Shown: piece by piece, positions 50,204 through 62,463 of the stretch | Layout of the letters: each line of letters opens with the position of its first letter | Position numbering within the stretch: position 1 is the stretch's first letter | Assembly (NCBI GenBank): GCA_030770535.1 | Contig: JASVEC010000018.1 | Span: 930,001 to 994,000, forward strand | Direction: 5' to 3' | Origin: Batkoa obscura | Lineage: Eukaryota | DNA: 64,000 bases | Notes under the pieces: generated by a model | What the model was told of the DNA's origin: nothing | Databases searched by the model: none | What the model saw: the letters and a program-made list of their open reading frames with translations, nothing else | Program-made: the position numbers and the translations under genes

Positions 50204-52313
50204 TACTGCCAATTTAATTTGTAAAAAGTCAAAATCCTTGAATACTCTTTTACTTAGTTGTGTAGCTGGTATTTTTTTAGTATATTTTTTATAAATAGTT
50301 TTGATATTGTAAATACAAGGACACTAGTAATAATAATAATCAAATTGGCAACATACCAGGTTATATTTATCTATAAATAACCTTCTTTTTAACGTTGTAA
50401 GTTTAAATCCAAGTCGGCTGCTTAAAAAAGCAGCAAGTTATAAAAAACTACCTAAACAGATAACAGTTGTGAACTTTGCAGATAACTGCATAATTGAGTT
50501 TCAACAGCTGTAATTCATTGATACAAGAATTCATTTTTATAATATTTGATAAAGTTGACTGGACGATTTTTATGGCAGATTCAACTATAATTGCTAATGA
50601 TTTGACCGAAAAATACAATAATACAACAATAGCTTAATAGTATACAATTATTTTATTACAAAAATCAATTAATTGTTATTATTCATTACCAGCAATATTA
50701 ATTATCAAAAATTATAAATAGAAGTTCAATAAGCTTTAAAATTCCTCTAAAATCTCTGATAAATCAGATATTTTGTAAAAATAATTATTTAAAATGGGAT
50801 AAGGGCTATCGGAATAGGCTACATTATATCATTGATTTCTTAAAGAACTCTACTATTTTTATTATCATGTCATTTTAACGTTTTATTACAGCTATTTTTT
50901 TGGAAATTAGTAGATCCATGAAGGCTGTAACTGAGTTAATTGTACTATTGATTATAGAATTGTATAAGAAAAAGAGAGACAAAGGAGTTGAGTTGGGAAT
51001 AAAATGGTGTGGTAGCGTTGAAATATTCTGCGAGGCAAGTTGAAGCCTTAGAGTTTTAAAGATTCAAGCAAGTGGATAAGCCTAGCTAGAGTAAAAAATA
51101 TTCATCTTTTAGTGTGTTTTATTAATATTAAGTGATGGAGGGTTTAAAAGTATTTTTTAATATTAATACGTCTAGCTCATCTATAATTGCTAACGTCTTT
51201 AAAAAATTTAAATTCTATTTTCATATGTGTTCCAAAGAAAAAAGTCATTCGGGGACAAAGAGAATTAATAATTTATAATATCATAATTACAAATAGCTTG
51301 AGCTAATGGTATTACCTATCCATGAAACGACTAGACTCTAACTCCAAATAAGTTGATCCTTTTGCCAAATATCACTCGAACTTCTTGTTCCCGTTGATTT
51401 GTAACTTAATAAAGATACTTCTTCTTTCAAGTTCAAGATTTAAAAAACAATATGGGGAATTAAATTCAATATTTCAAATAATAGAATGTTGTTATCAGAA
51501 GGCCTATTTGTGTCCACTTAATGCTAAAGCAAATTTAGAACACTTGATTATCAAAAGTAAATTTCACCCTTTAACAAATCTATTTTATTACCTGACCAAG
51601 TCAACTTAATTACCTATATTGTTATTATGCAAAAGTAAAACCAATTTGAACAGTGAAAAATTAATGTGGTTTTGTTGAATTGGTTTTTTTGCTTTTAAAT
51701 AATAATAAAGTTTGGGAAAACAAAACGGCTAAACCGTTAATTGCTGTTGCTTTCAACTTTAGATATTTTTCTCAAAATTTAATCCAAAGTGTTTTATTTT
51801 ATCAAAATATATTAAGAAAAGGTCTAGTTTCAAAAAGTAGTTTGTTTTTGATGTCAGTAGAGCTCAAAGCATTAGTGGATTATTACAAACTATAGTATTT
51901 TCAATTCATCGTGACTATAGCAGTGATAGCTTAAAAATACTGTAGTAATATTTGGCATAGTTACAGATACTACAACTTGTTATGACCTAGTCAACTGTCC
52001 ATTTAAAATAGAATTTTACTAAAATCAAGTTAAAATCTAAAGTCAGATTTTGAAAAAACTAAACAAAAAAATAATAGCTCTAAAAATTACCTCAAATTAG
52101 GTTCACAATGGAATTTTAGCAGCTATATAAAGCTTAATAATTTAGGAACTTTCCTGCTATTTTGAGCTTTATTGTACACTTAAATAAGCTATAATTTTAA
52201 TTTATAATTTTGTCAACTAGTAAAACACTTAAATTCTGAATTGAACATCACTTTTTATAATAAAATATAGTTTATTTAATTACTGTCCAGCCTATAAGTA
52301 TACTCTAATCTAT

Positions 52314-52706
52314 TTAAGCTTGGGTAAAGGTACCACGGCAAGATTGACCATCTGAACGACTACTACAATTCAACTTGAAGGTATCCTCTTTATAATCTTC
52401 TCCTTTTTTGTTGGTTTCAATGGTAGCACCTCCAATACCACAACCAATAATAGCAGCACTCACGGATTTATCATTTGAATGGATTGGGCTACCAGAGCAA
52501 ATTCCTCCTTTTGGAGTGGTTGCATCATCACATTTCATTTCGATTTTTTTGTCTTGGTAGGTAGCAGTACATTTACAAGATATGATGGCGTTCTCAGCGT
52601 TGTTTTTAATCATTGTTTCAGTCATTTCGCATGAATAGTTCCACTTTTGAGCAAAAGTGGTAGCGATGAAAGCAGCAGTTAAGATGATATTGAAAATTTT
52701 GGTCAT
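52314..52706 (-). CDS. Small secreted 8-Cys protein (family member B)
   Basis: Signal peptide; QKWNY.C, CxCTATY, HSND, GATIET, CRG.F.QA shared with member A; TATATAAA 50 bp upstream. Confidence 0.87.
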   Translation of the reverse strand: MTKIFNIILTAAFIATTFAQKWNYSCEMTETMIKNNAENAIISCKCTATYQDKKIEMKCDDATTPKGGICSGSPIHSNDKSVSAAIIGCGIGGATIETNKKGEDYKEDTFKLNCSSRSDGQSCRGTFTQA

Positions 52707-54047
52707 TTTTATTTATAATTTGAATTTAATGAGGATTTGTTAAAACTCATTGTCCTTTATATACTTTTTGAGAATATTATTTTGTTAAAGGATAGCTTAC
52801 TTGTTTTTAAATTGATAGGTCCTTTTTAGGTTTGAATTAATTGTATATTAATTTAACTCGAGTCCCCCTTTTTAGTTGTTTGGAAACTATGACCAGTTGA
52901 TAAGTAGGCTAGGATTGATACTATCCATACCCAGGCTATTTCAATTACATAAGAACTTAGATCATTGTATATAATCCCAGTTTACTATTCATAAATAATT
53001 AACACTCTATAGAGTATTACCAACCAACTATCACCATTTAAGCATCTTTTCAACTTTGGATAAAACTTAAACGTTACTAAAGCAAAAAGAGTTTATGTAA
53101 TTAAGAAATAAAGAATAAGTTTAGTAATTCATTAAATTTAAGAATTTCATTTCCTTCTAAGTTATTATTTAAATTATATATATTTTAGTCATAAAAAATA
53201 GTATACCTATACAATTTTTTCCAACAAATTAGTAAAAACTATCTTATGTGCGAAACTTAACAATTATCGTCATTCAACAAGGGTATGTTTTTATTAAGCT
53301 AATAGTCGTAAGAGTATTCAATAAATAAACAATAGTAAAATTATTTGATTTAGTCTTTATCTGATAATTTCAATCACAAATACGCAATAAATAATAACTC
53401 TTATTAATGACCATCATTATCAAAAAGCCTGAAATTTACATAAAAATTTATGCAAATATTCTTTAATTTAATTTCTAAAAGTTACTCAATAAATATATTT
53501 ATTATAAAGAACCAGAATTAGAATAATAGCCTAGTAACTAATATTTTGATGTTTTAATTGACCGCTTTTCCTAAAACAACACTTTCCTAGCTTTCTAGTA
53601 GTATAAAGGCATTATTTTTCCTTACATTGATAGACTAATTAAAGCCTAAGGTTCAACTTTTCATAGTACTGCTTCATTGCAAAAAGAGAAGTTGAGCACA
53701 AACAAAAAATAAAAGTTATCTTTTGAAAAAATTCGCTAAATTTTAAAAAACGCACTTACTTTTATAGGGATATTTCATAACTTGATTTTTTTTGGTGATT
53801 AGTGGCAATGGTGTAGAATTGCAGCAATTAGATTCTTTAGCTTGAAATAAATTTCATTCTCAGTTACAAAGAATATTTACTGTTGCATCTAATAACGTTT
53901 TCAAAACTAAAAAACAGGAGCTATTTATAAAATGCTCTTATAAAAAAAACTAATGAGTATAATACATCCCCTAACTGCTCCAATTTTTAAATTAGCCTTA
54001 AAGGTTTGTAATCTTAAATCTAAATCAAAGTTAAAAAAAATTGAATT

Positions 54048-54087
54048 TTAGTATGTCTATTTGGATGTGTTCAAATAGACATACTAA
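54048..54087. repeat. Perfect 16-bp inverted repeat with 8-nt loop
   Basis: TTAGTATGTCTATTTG-gatgtgtt-CAAATAGACATACTAA. Confidence 0.8.
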
Positions 54088-55214
54088 TTTTTAAATATTT
54101 TTAAATTATGAAAGTATTTTTTTTAGTCGTTATATAAATGAACTATTTGCATATCTCTAACGATTTAATATAAAAATAAATAAATTAATGCCTACTCTAT
54201 TAATACAACAGGTCATTTGAATATCATTTAGTTACATCATTCATTTTTTAAAGAATTCTTTATGATGAATTAATATACAGGTTGGTCACATTTGTAGGTA
54301 ACATTTCTAAAGTCATAAATAAAAATAAAATAAAACAAATCCAAAAACGTTCAAGCTTATTTATATATACATATTATACCTTATTTCAAATTAAAATATG
54401 ATAATTTCTAAAGTCATTAACACTGAAACAACGAGTATAAAAAATTAATTTAACTTTTAGGCAAAAAATCAAAATTACAGTATAATCTAAAAGCTCTACA
54501 ATTTTTAAGTTTATTTTACAAAACAATTGTCTACTTTAATATAAGATTTAAGTATCATGCCACAATTAACATGTTAATTATTAGTCATAAAAGTAAGTAC
54601 TAGATAGTCGATTTTTTTATACCTTAACTTTATTTTAATTAAACTTCTGATTTAAAGTTTAAAAAAAGTAAAAGTACATTTATCTACAATTTAATTAAAT
54701 TATAAACCAAGTTTTTAGGTTTCAATTTAGATCTGATAGTTAATTTAAAACTCATAGCCTTTATTTTTAGTTAACTCTCCAAAAACAGATAATGATTATA
54801 AGTAGTTAAATTAGTTTTTTCTTAATAAAATTATATTTTAAATTTTGGTTGCTTTATTTATAACTTAATTCTATTTTATAATAGCTTTTACTGTTATTCT
54901 TTTAAAAAATAAGTAGCTAATAATTATTATACTATGTAATATAAAATAGTAAAAAAATTAAAATAATGAGTTATTTTTTGATGGGATTGGATTAAAGCAG
55001 TTTGAAAAGTGGTTTAGGGCTTTTGAATTATAAAAAGTTAAATAAAAAAACAAGTTTAATTATAGTAAATATTATCATTTATATAGGGATGTTCTTTTAG
55101 TTTTATTATTTTCAAGTCTCAAATAACATAGTGTTTAGCTTACTTAGATATAAATAATATAAAGATGTCTAAATTTCAGATTTTTAGATTTGTAAATCCT
55201 TAATCTATAATTAG

Positions 55215-55674
55215 TGCAAAATATCCCTTTGCTAGCTTTATGGTTTACTACAATATAACAATTACTTAGGCCGTTGTGTCCTCGAGTTTAGACACAATCA
55301 ATTCAAAGTCCCTTTGTCTTGATTTTCTGAGAAAATTACTAACTTCACGTCACAAAGAATATTATCTTCTCGATTCGATATCCATACTTGAAGTATAAAA
55401 GAGATTCTTTAATATAATAACTTGAGACCCTTTAACTGAATTATCCCTTGTATTGTACCTTTAATAAAGCTACTGAATCTTTCATATAGCATCTTATGTA
55501 AATTTTATATTAGTGTTGTCTATTCCATTTGTCTTACATAGTCTGTAACCCATTACATGCTATTCTTCATAATTCAAGTCTATGTTAGTTACACAAACTA
55601 AAACCTTTCAACTTATGGGTAGTTAATCAAGTAAAAGATCTTTTGACTCCAACTACTAAGTACTAGGTTTCACA
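55215..55674 (-). mobile_element. Solo-LTR-like element (460 bp)
   Basis: TG...CA ends; TTAG duplicated on both flanks; reverse-complement homologue of 10993 and 60910 copies. Confidence 0.8.
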
Positions 55675-56319
55675 TTAGCTAAATTCAGAAAGCTCAAAAC
55701 TAAATAAGAAAATTTAAAAGATTTACTTTTTATTAGAATAAAAACAAAATGCAACCTTTTGTAAGTAAATTTCAAAATAAAATTTTCAAAAACTTTAATA
55801 TAATAGAGAAAAACACATTATATAAATATTATAATTTATTTATATCGATTTTAACAACTATTTATAATAATCCAGAGTTTATAGAATCTTGTAATAATAA
55901 ACTTAACCAAGCAATGTATAAAATTAATGTTTTAAGGGAAACAGGGAATAAAAACCAATAAGTAGGATTATTATCAACTATAGCTTCAGTACATTCTTTT
56001 GATAGATATGAAAGTATTAAATTTAATAAAAAAATAATACACAGTAAATATTTTAACAATTTAGAAGATAAAGCAGTAGCTAAATTGATGTTTTTTAAAT
56101 ATATAGAAAGTAATTTAAAAAAATTAGCAAGGAAAACAAATTCATATAATACATGTGCCTAGTATATAGCTAGAAAAAAGTTGTTTGAAAATAAGATAAA
56201 CACAGTAAAAAATAAAACAAAGATATAAAAATCTTCTGATAAAAAAAAGCTATATGAATTATATATTTTTTATATCAACACTTAAAAAAACATATTTGAA
56301 ATTATCAAAAAAAATACAT

Positions 56320-56418
56320 GAGAGTGTTTTTTTTGACTTCATTATTTTTTCCATTTTTTAAGCACTATTTAAGCAGAAAATTTGTTCGTAGGATTCTTAA
56401 ACACAAAAATACATCCCC
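56320..56418 (+). mobile_element. MITE copy
   Basis: GAGAGTGT...ACATCCCC; flanks ACAT/ATAT. Confidence 0.85.
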
Positions 56419-56462
56419 ATATAATTGTATTATATAATAATTTTAAAATTTAAATAAAATAT

Positions 56463-56556
56463 GGGGATGTATTTTTATTAAGAATTTTACTAATAATTTT
56501 CCACTCAAATAGGCTTAAAAAACATGAAAAGTAATGAAGCCAAAAAAACCATCCCT
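56463..56556 (-). mobile_element. MITE copy
   Basis: GGGGATGTAT...CCATCCCT; flanks ATAT/GTAT. Confidence 0.82.
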
Positions 56557-57149
56557 GTATGCTAATAATGTAATTGTAATATCAAAACGATTTGTTTATT
56601 CAATAGCAAATCTGTAATATTAGTTATAGAGCAGTTAACAATAAATATCTTTCAATAAAGTTTTATAGGAAGATGTATTTACTTATATATTACAACTTTG
56701 ATCAATATGAGAGTATATAGGTTACATTAGTAAAAGGCTTGCTAACCTAGAAATTTCTATTAGTTTTAACGGAAATTCCGCTAATTTATAATATGGATTA
56801 TAAAATTTTTAAAAATTAGACAAAAAAATGAAATCAGTTTGGACATCTCTACCTATATGCTTGTAGGATTTAAATCGAAGTTAAAATTTTAAATAGGTTT
56901 ACTATATAAACAAAAATGTTCTGAATGTTTGATCAATAAAAAAATTAATAATATTGTAACGCTGAAACTGTTTTTTGTAAAGCTTATTTAATTTATAGTA
57001 TTAAATACTTTTTATAATACAAATTAGAATATAAAGACTATATAAATTAGATCAAGTATTTATACATATTTGTGAATAAATGATATTTTATTGGAAATTT
57101 GTTGTCAATAACTAAACTTCAAAATCAAGGATATTTAACGATTAAGGAA

Positions 57150-57620
57150 TTAATAATGCTTGCTGGTGCATTTTGGCTTTTGGGTAGTAGTACTATATAC
57201 AGCGGAGCTAGTTTCAGTAGCTTTTTCAAGAATTTTTTCGCCATGACAAATTCTACTATAAGCTTGATGTTCACAAATGAGAGGGAATTCATAATGTTCA
57301 GAGCCACCACGGTTGACATAAGTATCAATAACAATGGAGTCAGCTGAGCATTTTCTTACAATAGCATTGACCCATTTATCTTCAGAGTAAGCAAAATCGG
57401 ATTGACAGCTAGATTGTTTAGTGTCAGTAGTACCTCCACAAGATAGCTCTACTTTTCTTCCGAAATAGTCAGAGGTACATTTACAGGTGAAAACGTATTG
57501 ATCTTTACCATCAGCACTTTTAACCCTTCCATCAACAACATCACATTTGTGGGACCAGTCTAAAGCTAAACTAGAGGAAACTAAAAAAGTAGCGATAACG
57601 GAAGTGATGAGTTTGTACAT
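57150..57620 (-). CDS. Small secreted 8-Cys protein (family member C) with Ser/Thr-rich tail
   Basis: Signal peptide ending SSLA; same Cys spacing; TATATAAA 51 bp upstream. Confidence 0.85.
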   Translation of the reverse strand: MYKLITSVIATFLVSSSLALDWSHKCDVVDGRVKSADGKDQYVFTCKCTSDYFGRKVELSCGGTTDTKQSSCQSDFAYSEDKWVNAIVRKCSADSIVIDTYVNRGGSEHYEFPLICEHQAYSRICHGEKILEKATETSSAVYSTTTQKPKCTSKHY

Positions 57621-58494
57621 TTTAAATTATTTAATATAATTTTTTACTCAGGTTGATCCTGAACTGGTTGTTTATATAGTAGTTGCTTTTAAATGAAAAA
57701 TAAGTTCGTTATAATGGTTTGTAATAAATTCTCGAAAATAAATCATTTAACTAGAGGAGTAATTAATTTATTTTTAGCATAATTAGTATTAGATTATTAT
57801 GCAAGAATAAAAGCTAATTAAAATTTCTAACAGTATTAAAATACTATTTTTAATTCCTTTTTATGCACAACTTTTAAAGCGCTTAATTAGTTTAGTGGTT
57901 AAATTTGTTTGTAACTCCAAAGCATACATTTTAGGAAAATGCTACAAGTTTTACTTTTAAATTGAAATCCAATTAATAGACCTTGGTGCTCCATTTAATT
58001 TATATCATTTTTATATTTTATAGTGATTATTTAATGAATAGTCAAACTATTAATAACTTTATTAGATGAGTTGATTTATAGCTATTGCAGCTTTTTTGCA
58101 ACTTAATCAACTGCTCACTTAAGAGAAAAGATTATGCCATATCCAATTAAATGTAAGGTCAGATCATAAAAAAATCAATTTAATAGTTTACTTATAGAAA
58201 GGGCTAGCCTAAAAACAACGTATTCTTGAAATAAAAACCTTACTAAAAAGTAGAAATCTTTTATTTTGCATTTGACTTTTTTAAATTCACTGGAAAAGAG
58301 GTTATCAAAGTATTAAATTTAAACTGAGAGCAGGGGGTAATTTTAGCAAAAGCACAGCTGTAAAGCAGAAAAAACTATCAACAAGCTACTTTGTATAATT
58401 TTTTAATATTGTTTGTAAATACAATAAAAAGAAGTAAAAATAGCAATATAATATTCAAATAACTGGAAAAAACATAAAAAATAGATTAAATATT

Positions 58495-58590
58495 GGTGAT
58501 GTTTTTTTGGCTTTATTATTTTTTCTATCTTAAGCGCTATTTCAGTGGAAAATTTACTAGTAAAATTCTTAAATATAAAAATACATCCCC
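58495..58590 (+). mobile_element. MITE copy
   Basis: GGTGATGT...ACATCCCC; family core. Confidence 0.82.
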
Positions 58591-58906
58591 ATTATTAAAC
58601 TCAATAAATTCAAATAGCTTGTCTTAAAATAAAATCACAACTTTTTAATAAGTTGAAAAATGTTTTTGTTTTAACTTTAATTTTATCATTAAATACAAAC
58701 ATGACAATTGCTTATTTATAAGCATTTTATCAAACTTGATTATAATATATCTGATTCTATTTATCTTTCTACTGTGAAACTATTGTTTTCTTTATTTGAT
58801 TTTTACTTATCTATTTTATGGCAATTTTTTCATTCGTAAAATTTATTCTCAATTAATTAATCTATTTAACTTTTTATACATTTCATGTTAAAGTAAAACA
58901 CTATTT

Positions 58907-59005
58907 GGGGCTGTTTTTTTTGGCTTCATTACTTTTTCTACCTTTTAAACACTATTTGAGTGGAAAATTTGTTAGTAAAATTCTTAAACATGAAAATATA
59001 TCCCC
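58907..59005 (+). mobile_element. MITE copy
   Basis: GGGGCTGT...ATATCCCC; ATTT duplicated on both sides. Confidence 0.88.
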
Positions 59006-59288
59006 ATTTGTTTGAAATAAAGTTTATAAAATAAAAAACTAAAACAAAATAATTAAAACTTCAAAAATTAAGTTCCTTGCACAAATATATTTATAATACA
59101 AAAATTTAAATTAATAATAGTGTATTAAGTTTAAATATGTATCTTTTCTTTAAAATAGTTAACTTAAAAATAACTATTAAAAACTTTTTGACTATAATTT
59201 ATCTTTATATTGATACTGCTTAACTCAAACTTTTATTTTTATTTGATGAAACAGGTTTTTTTAGCAAATTTAAAAACAGGTTACTTTT

Positions 59289-59753
59289 TGCGAAATACCG
59301 CTTTGTCAGCTTTATGATTGACTACAATATAACAATTACTTAGGCCGTTGTGTCCTCGAGTTTAGACACAATCAATTCAAAGTCCCTTTGTCTTGATTTT
59401 CTGAGAAAATTACTAACTTCACGTCACAAAGAATATTATCTTCTCGATTCGATATCCATACTTGAAGTATAAAAGAGATTCTTTAATATAATAACTTGAG
59501 ACCCTTTAACTGAATTATCCCTTGTATTGTACCTTTAATAAAGCTACTGAATCTTTCATATAGCATCTTATGTAAATTTTATATTAGTGTTGTCTATTCC
59601 ATTTGTCTTACATAGTCTGTAACCCATTACATGCTATTCTTCATAATTCAAGTCTATGTTAGTTACACAAACTAAAACCTTTCAACTTAGAACTAATTAA
59701 TCAAGCAAGAACTGGCTTTGAGACTCCAACCACTGAGAGTACCAAATTACATA
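59289..59753 (-). mobile_element. Solo-LTR-like element (~465 bp)
   Basis: Homologue of 55215-55674; flanks TTTT/TCTT; one end degenerate. Confidence 0.78.
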
Positions 59754-59839
59754 TCTTCTTAATAACAAAGTGCTAATAATAAATAGTAAAAAAAACTAAT
59801 TTTAACAACCAAAATTGATTTATAAATAAAAAATAATAT

Positions 59840-59938
59840 GAGGATGTATTTTTTTGTTTAAGAATTTTACTAACAGTCTTTCCACTTAAATAGTCCTTAA
59901 GAAATCGAAAAGTAATGAAACCAAAAAAAAACATCCCC
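59840..59938 (-). mobile_element. MITE copy
   Basis: GAGGATGTAT...ACATCCCC; ATAT TSD. Confidence 0.87.
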
Positions 59939-60120
59939 ATATATAATAGCAAATAAGTAATTTATGTTGATAAAAAATTACACAGCTAAAATTAAAACAA
60001 GTTTATTAAATTAAGCATAACGAAATTTAAAAAAAGAAATAGCATGGTAGAAGGTTTATTTTATAGCTTATATTAAAATGCTATACATAAAAAAGATGCT
60101 ATCAGTTATAGTTTTAATAT

Positions 60121-60218
60121 GGGGATGTATTTTTGTATTTAAGAACTTTACTGACAATTTTTCCACATAAATAGTGCTTAAAAAATGGAAAAATAATGAC
60201 ACTAAAAAAAACAGCCCC
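60121..60218 (-). mobile_element. MITE copy
   Basis: GGGGATGTAT...ACAGCCCC; ATAT TSD; very similar to 60718-60815. Confidence 0.9.
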
Positions 60219-60717
60219 ATATAGTTATTAAATATACATATTAAAATATAAAAACAATATTTTTTGTAACCAAGTAAAAAATTTTATAGAAATCTAAATA
60301 TAGAATTTTAATTTAGTCATGTATAAATTTATAAACAGATCTGATTTTAATGGCGAAACCACTTAGGTTGTGTTAAGTTTGTCATATAAATCATAGCTAA
60401 TTGTTAATTTAAAAAACAATGTTTCATGATATGACTAATAAAAATATATATTTATTAATTGAAAAAAATAAAATTTATATAATTAATTTAAATTAAAGCT
60501 CTAAATATAATTACATAATAATATAAAGTTAAATTTTGTGCTTTTATGTTTTCTTATAATTTCAAGCTAACGAATATATCAATATAAAACAGACAAAACA
60601 ATACTTGAACTTTGATTTTTAATTTCTATAAAAAATTTTAATAAAATTGAAATTTAAATACTATTAAATTAAATAAGCATTACTATAACAGTTAAATATT
60701 GTCAATTTAATATATAT

Positions 60718-60815
60718 GGGGATGTATTTTTGTATTTAAGAATTTTACTGACAATTTTTCCACGTAAATAGCGCTTAAAAAATGGAAAAATAATGAAACT
60801 AAAAAAAACAGCCCC
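60718..60815 (-). mobile_element. MITE copy
   Basis: GGGGATGTAT...ACAGCCCC; ATAT TSD. Confidence 0.9.
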
Positions 60816-60909
60816 ATATCTTATAATTTTTGATATTACAATATTAATTCAGTAATCCAAATTTAAATATAAACAAAATTAAATAAAATATATGATAATT
60901 TTGTAAAGT

Positions 60910-61373
60910 TGTGAAATCTGGTACTCAGGGTTTGGAGTCAAGAACAGCTATTGCTAGGTTGACTACACTATAAGTCGAAAGGTCTTAGTTTATGTGACTA
61001 AGATAGACTTGGATTATGAGGAATAGCACGTAATAGGTTACAAGCTATGTAAGACAGATAGAATGGATAATACTAATGTAAAATCTATGTAAAATACTAT
61101 TAAGAAAACTTAGTGGCTTTATTAAATGTTCGAGATATCAGGGATTAATTCAGTTAAAAAGCCTCGAACTATTATACTCTGTAAACTCTTTTATACTCTG
61201 AAAAGTATAAATATCAAAATGAGAAGATAATATTCTTTTGGATGGAGCTGGAAATTCTCATAACAAATCAAAATAAGAACATGGGATTGATTTCCTCTGA
61301 ACTCGAGAACACAACAGCTTAGGCGATTGCTATGCTATAATTAACCATGGGACTGACAAAGCGATATTTCACA
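60910..61373 (+). mobile_element. Solo-LTR-like element (464 bp)
   Basis: TGTGAAAT...ATTTCACA; AAGT duplicated on both flanks; close homologue of 10993-11456. Confidence 0.82.
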
Positions 61374-61437
61374 AAGTCGGGATAATTAACTATAATTAAT
61401 TAAGCTATAATTTAATAACATAAGTATAATAATATAT

Positions 61438-61515
61438 GAGGATGTTTTTTTTGGTTTCACTACTTTTAAATGCTATTTGAGTGGAAAGATTGTTAGGGAA
61501 ATTCTTGAAAAAAAC
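61438..61515 (+). mobile_element. Truncated MITE copy
   Basis: ATAT-GAGGATGT start, internal deletion, no clear 3' end. Confidence 0.65.
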
Positions 61516-61541
61516 TAATATTGATCTTCATATTACCATAT

Positions 61542-61640
61542 GGGGATGTTTTTTTTGGCTTCATTACTTTTTCTATTTTTTAAGCACTATTTGAGCGGAA
61601 AATTTGTTAGTAAAATTCTTAAACACAAAAATACAGCCGC
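61542..61640 (+). mobile_element. MITE copy
   Basis: GGGGATGT...ACAGCCGC; ATAT TSD. Confidence 0.88.
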
Positions 61641-61787
61641 ATATTTTAATATACTAAACTATTCTCAAAATCATTTATTTAAGCTTAGTGTTGGTTTTTA
61701 ACTTTAGATTTTTTTTAATAATAAATAATAAATAATAAATAATAGATAATATTATAAATTGAAATCTTTATATTATTATATCAATTG

Positions 61788-61876
61788 TTGGAGTTTTTTT
61801 TGGTCTCATGACTTTTTCTATCTTTTGAGTGGAAAAAATATTAGTGAGATTCTTAAACCTAAAAAACACATACTCT
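61788..61876 (+). mobile_element. Degenerate MITE copy
   Basis: Family core TTTGAGTGGAAA...ATTCTTAAAC; ends eroded. Confidence 0.6.
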
Positions 61877-62000
61877 ATTTTTTTTCAAAATAAAACTATT
61901 TGCAATACTAAATCTGTATTAAATGATTAACCTTGTATTTATTTAAACAATAAGAAATACTATAAAACTTTCTAGTAACTATGCCTTGATAAGCACAAAT

Positions 62001-62095
62001 GGGGATGTATTTTTTGTTTGAGGATTTGACTAACAACCTTTCCACTTAATAACGTTTAAAAAATGGGAAAAGTGATGAAAACAAAAAACATCTCT
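62001..62095 (-). mobile_element. MITE copy
   Basis: GGGGATGTAT...ACATCTCT. Confidence 0.78.
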
Positions 62096-62463
62096 AATGT
62101 TATGTTAGCTAATAGATAGGTAGTTAATTACTCTTGTAGTGCTATTTATAAAGCATCAGAATAGTGAAAAAGTACTGCTTTTTGACTACAATAATATCAA
62201 GTATTAAAAAGGCTTAGCCATTAACATTTAAAAATCTAAAATTATTTTACAAAAAAAATGAAAGTTAATAAAATTAAATACATAGTTCAATAAATATGTG
62301 AAATTAATATTAATAAAAATGTTATTAAATATTAAAGTTTTTTATTGATGTTTTACAAACTTGTACAAATTAAATTGTCTATTTATTATGTGATTTTTTA
62401 CTATAAGTCTATTAAACTGTGATGCTTCAAAGTTCATAATTTAATTCAGTATTATCACAATTT

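Noticed and set aside
50400..51900. Possible relic of a Zn-cluster-type transcription factor on the minus strand (CLAEYFNATTPF)
   Set aside because: Only one short suggestive peptide; cannot be supported without a search
54275..54305. TACAGGTTGGTCACATTTG as a Tc1/mariner-like terminus
   Set aside because: No partner inverted repeat or transposase seen in the window
55749..56162. ~137-codon frame with a single internal stop
   Set aside because: Low-complexity K/N/I-rich, no recognisable domain; may be a relic but unsupported
55215..59753. Full-length LTR retrotransposon that captured secreted gene C
   Set aside because: Each LTR-like copy has its own flanking duplication, outer flanks do not match, and there is no PBS/PPT or gag-pol remnant
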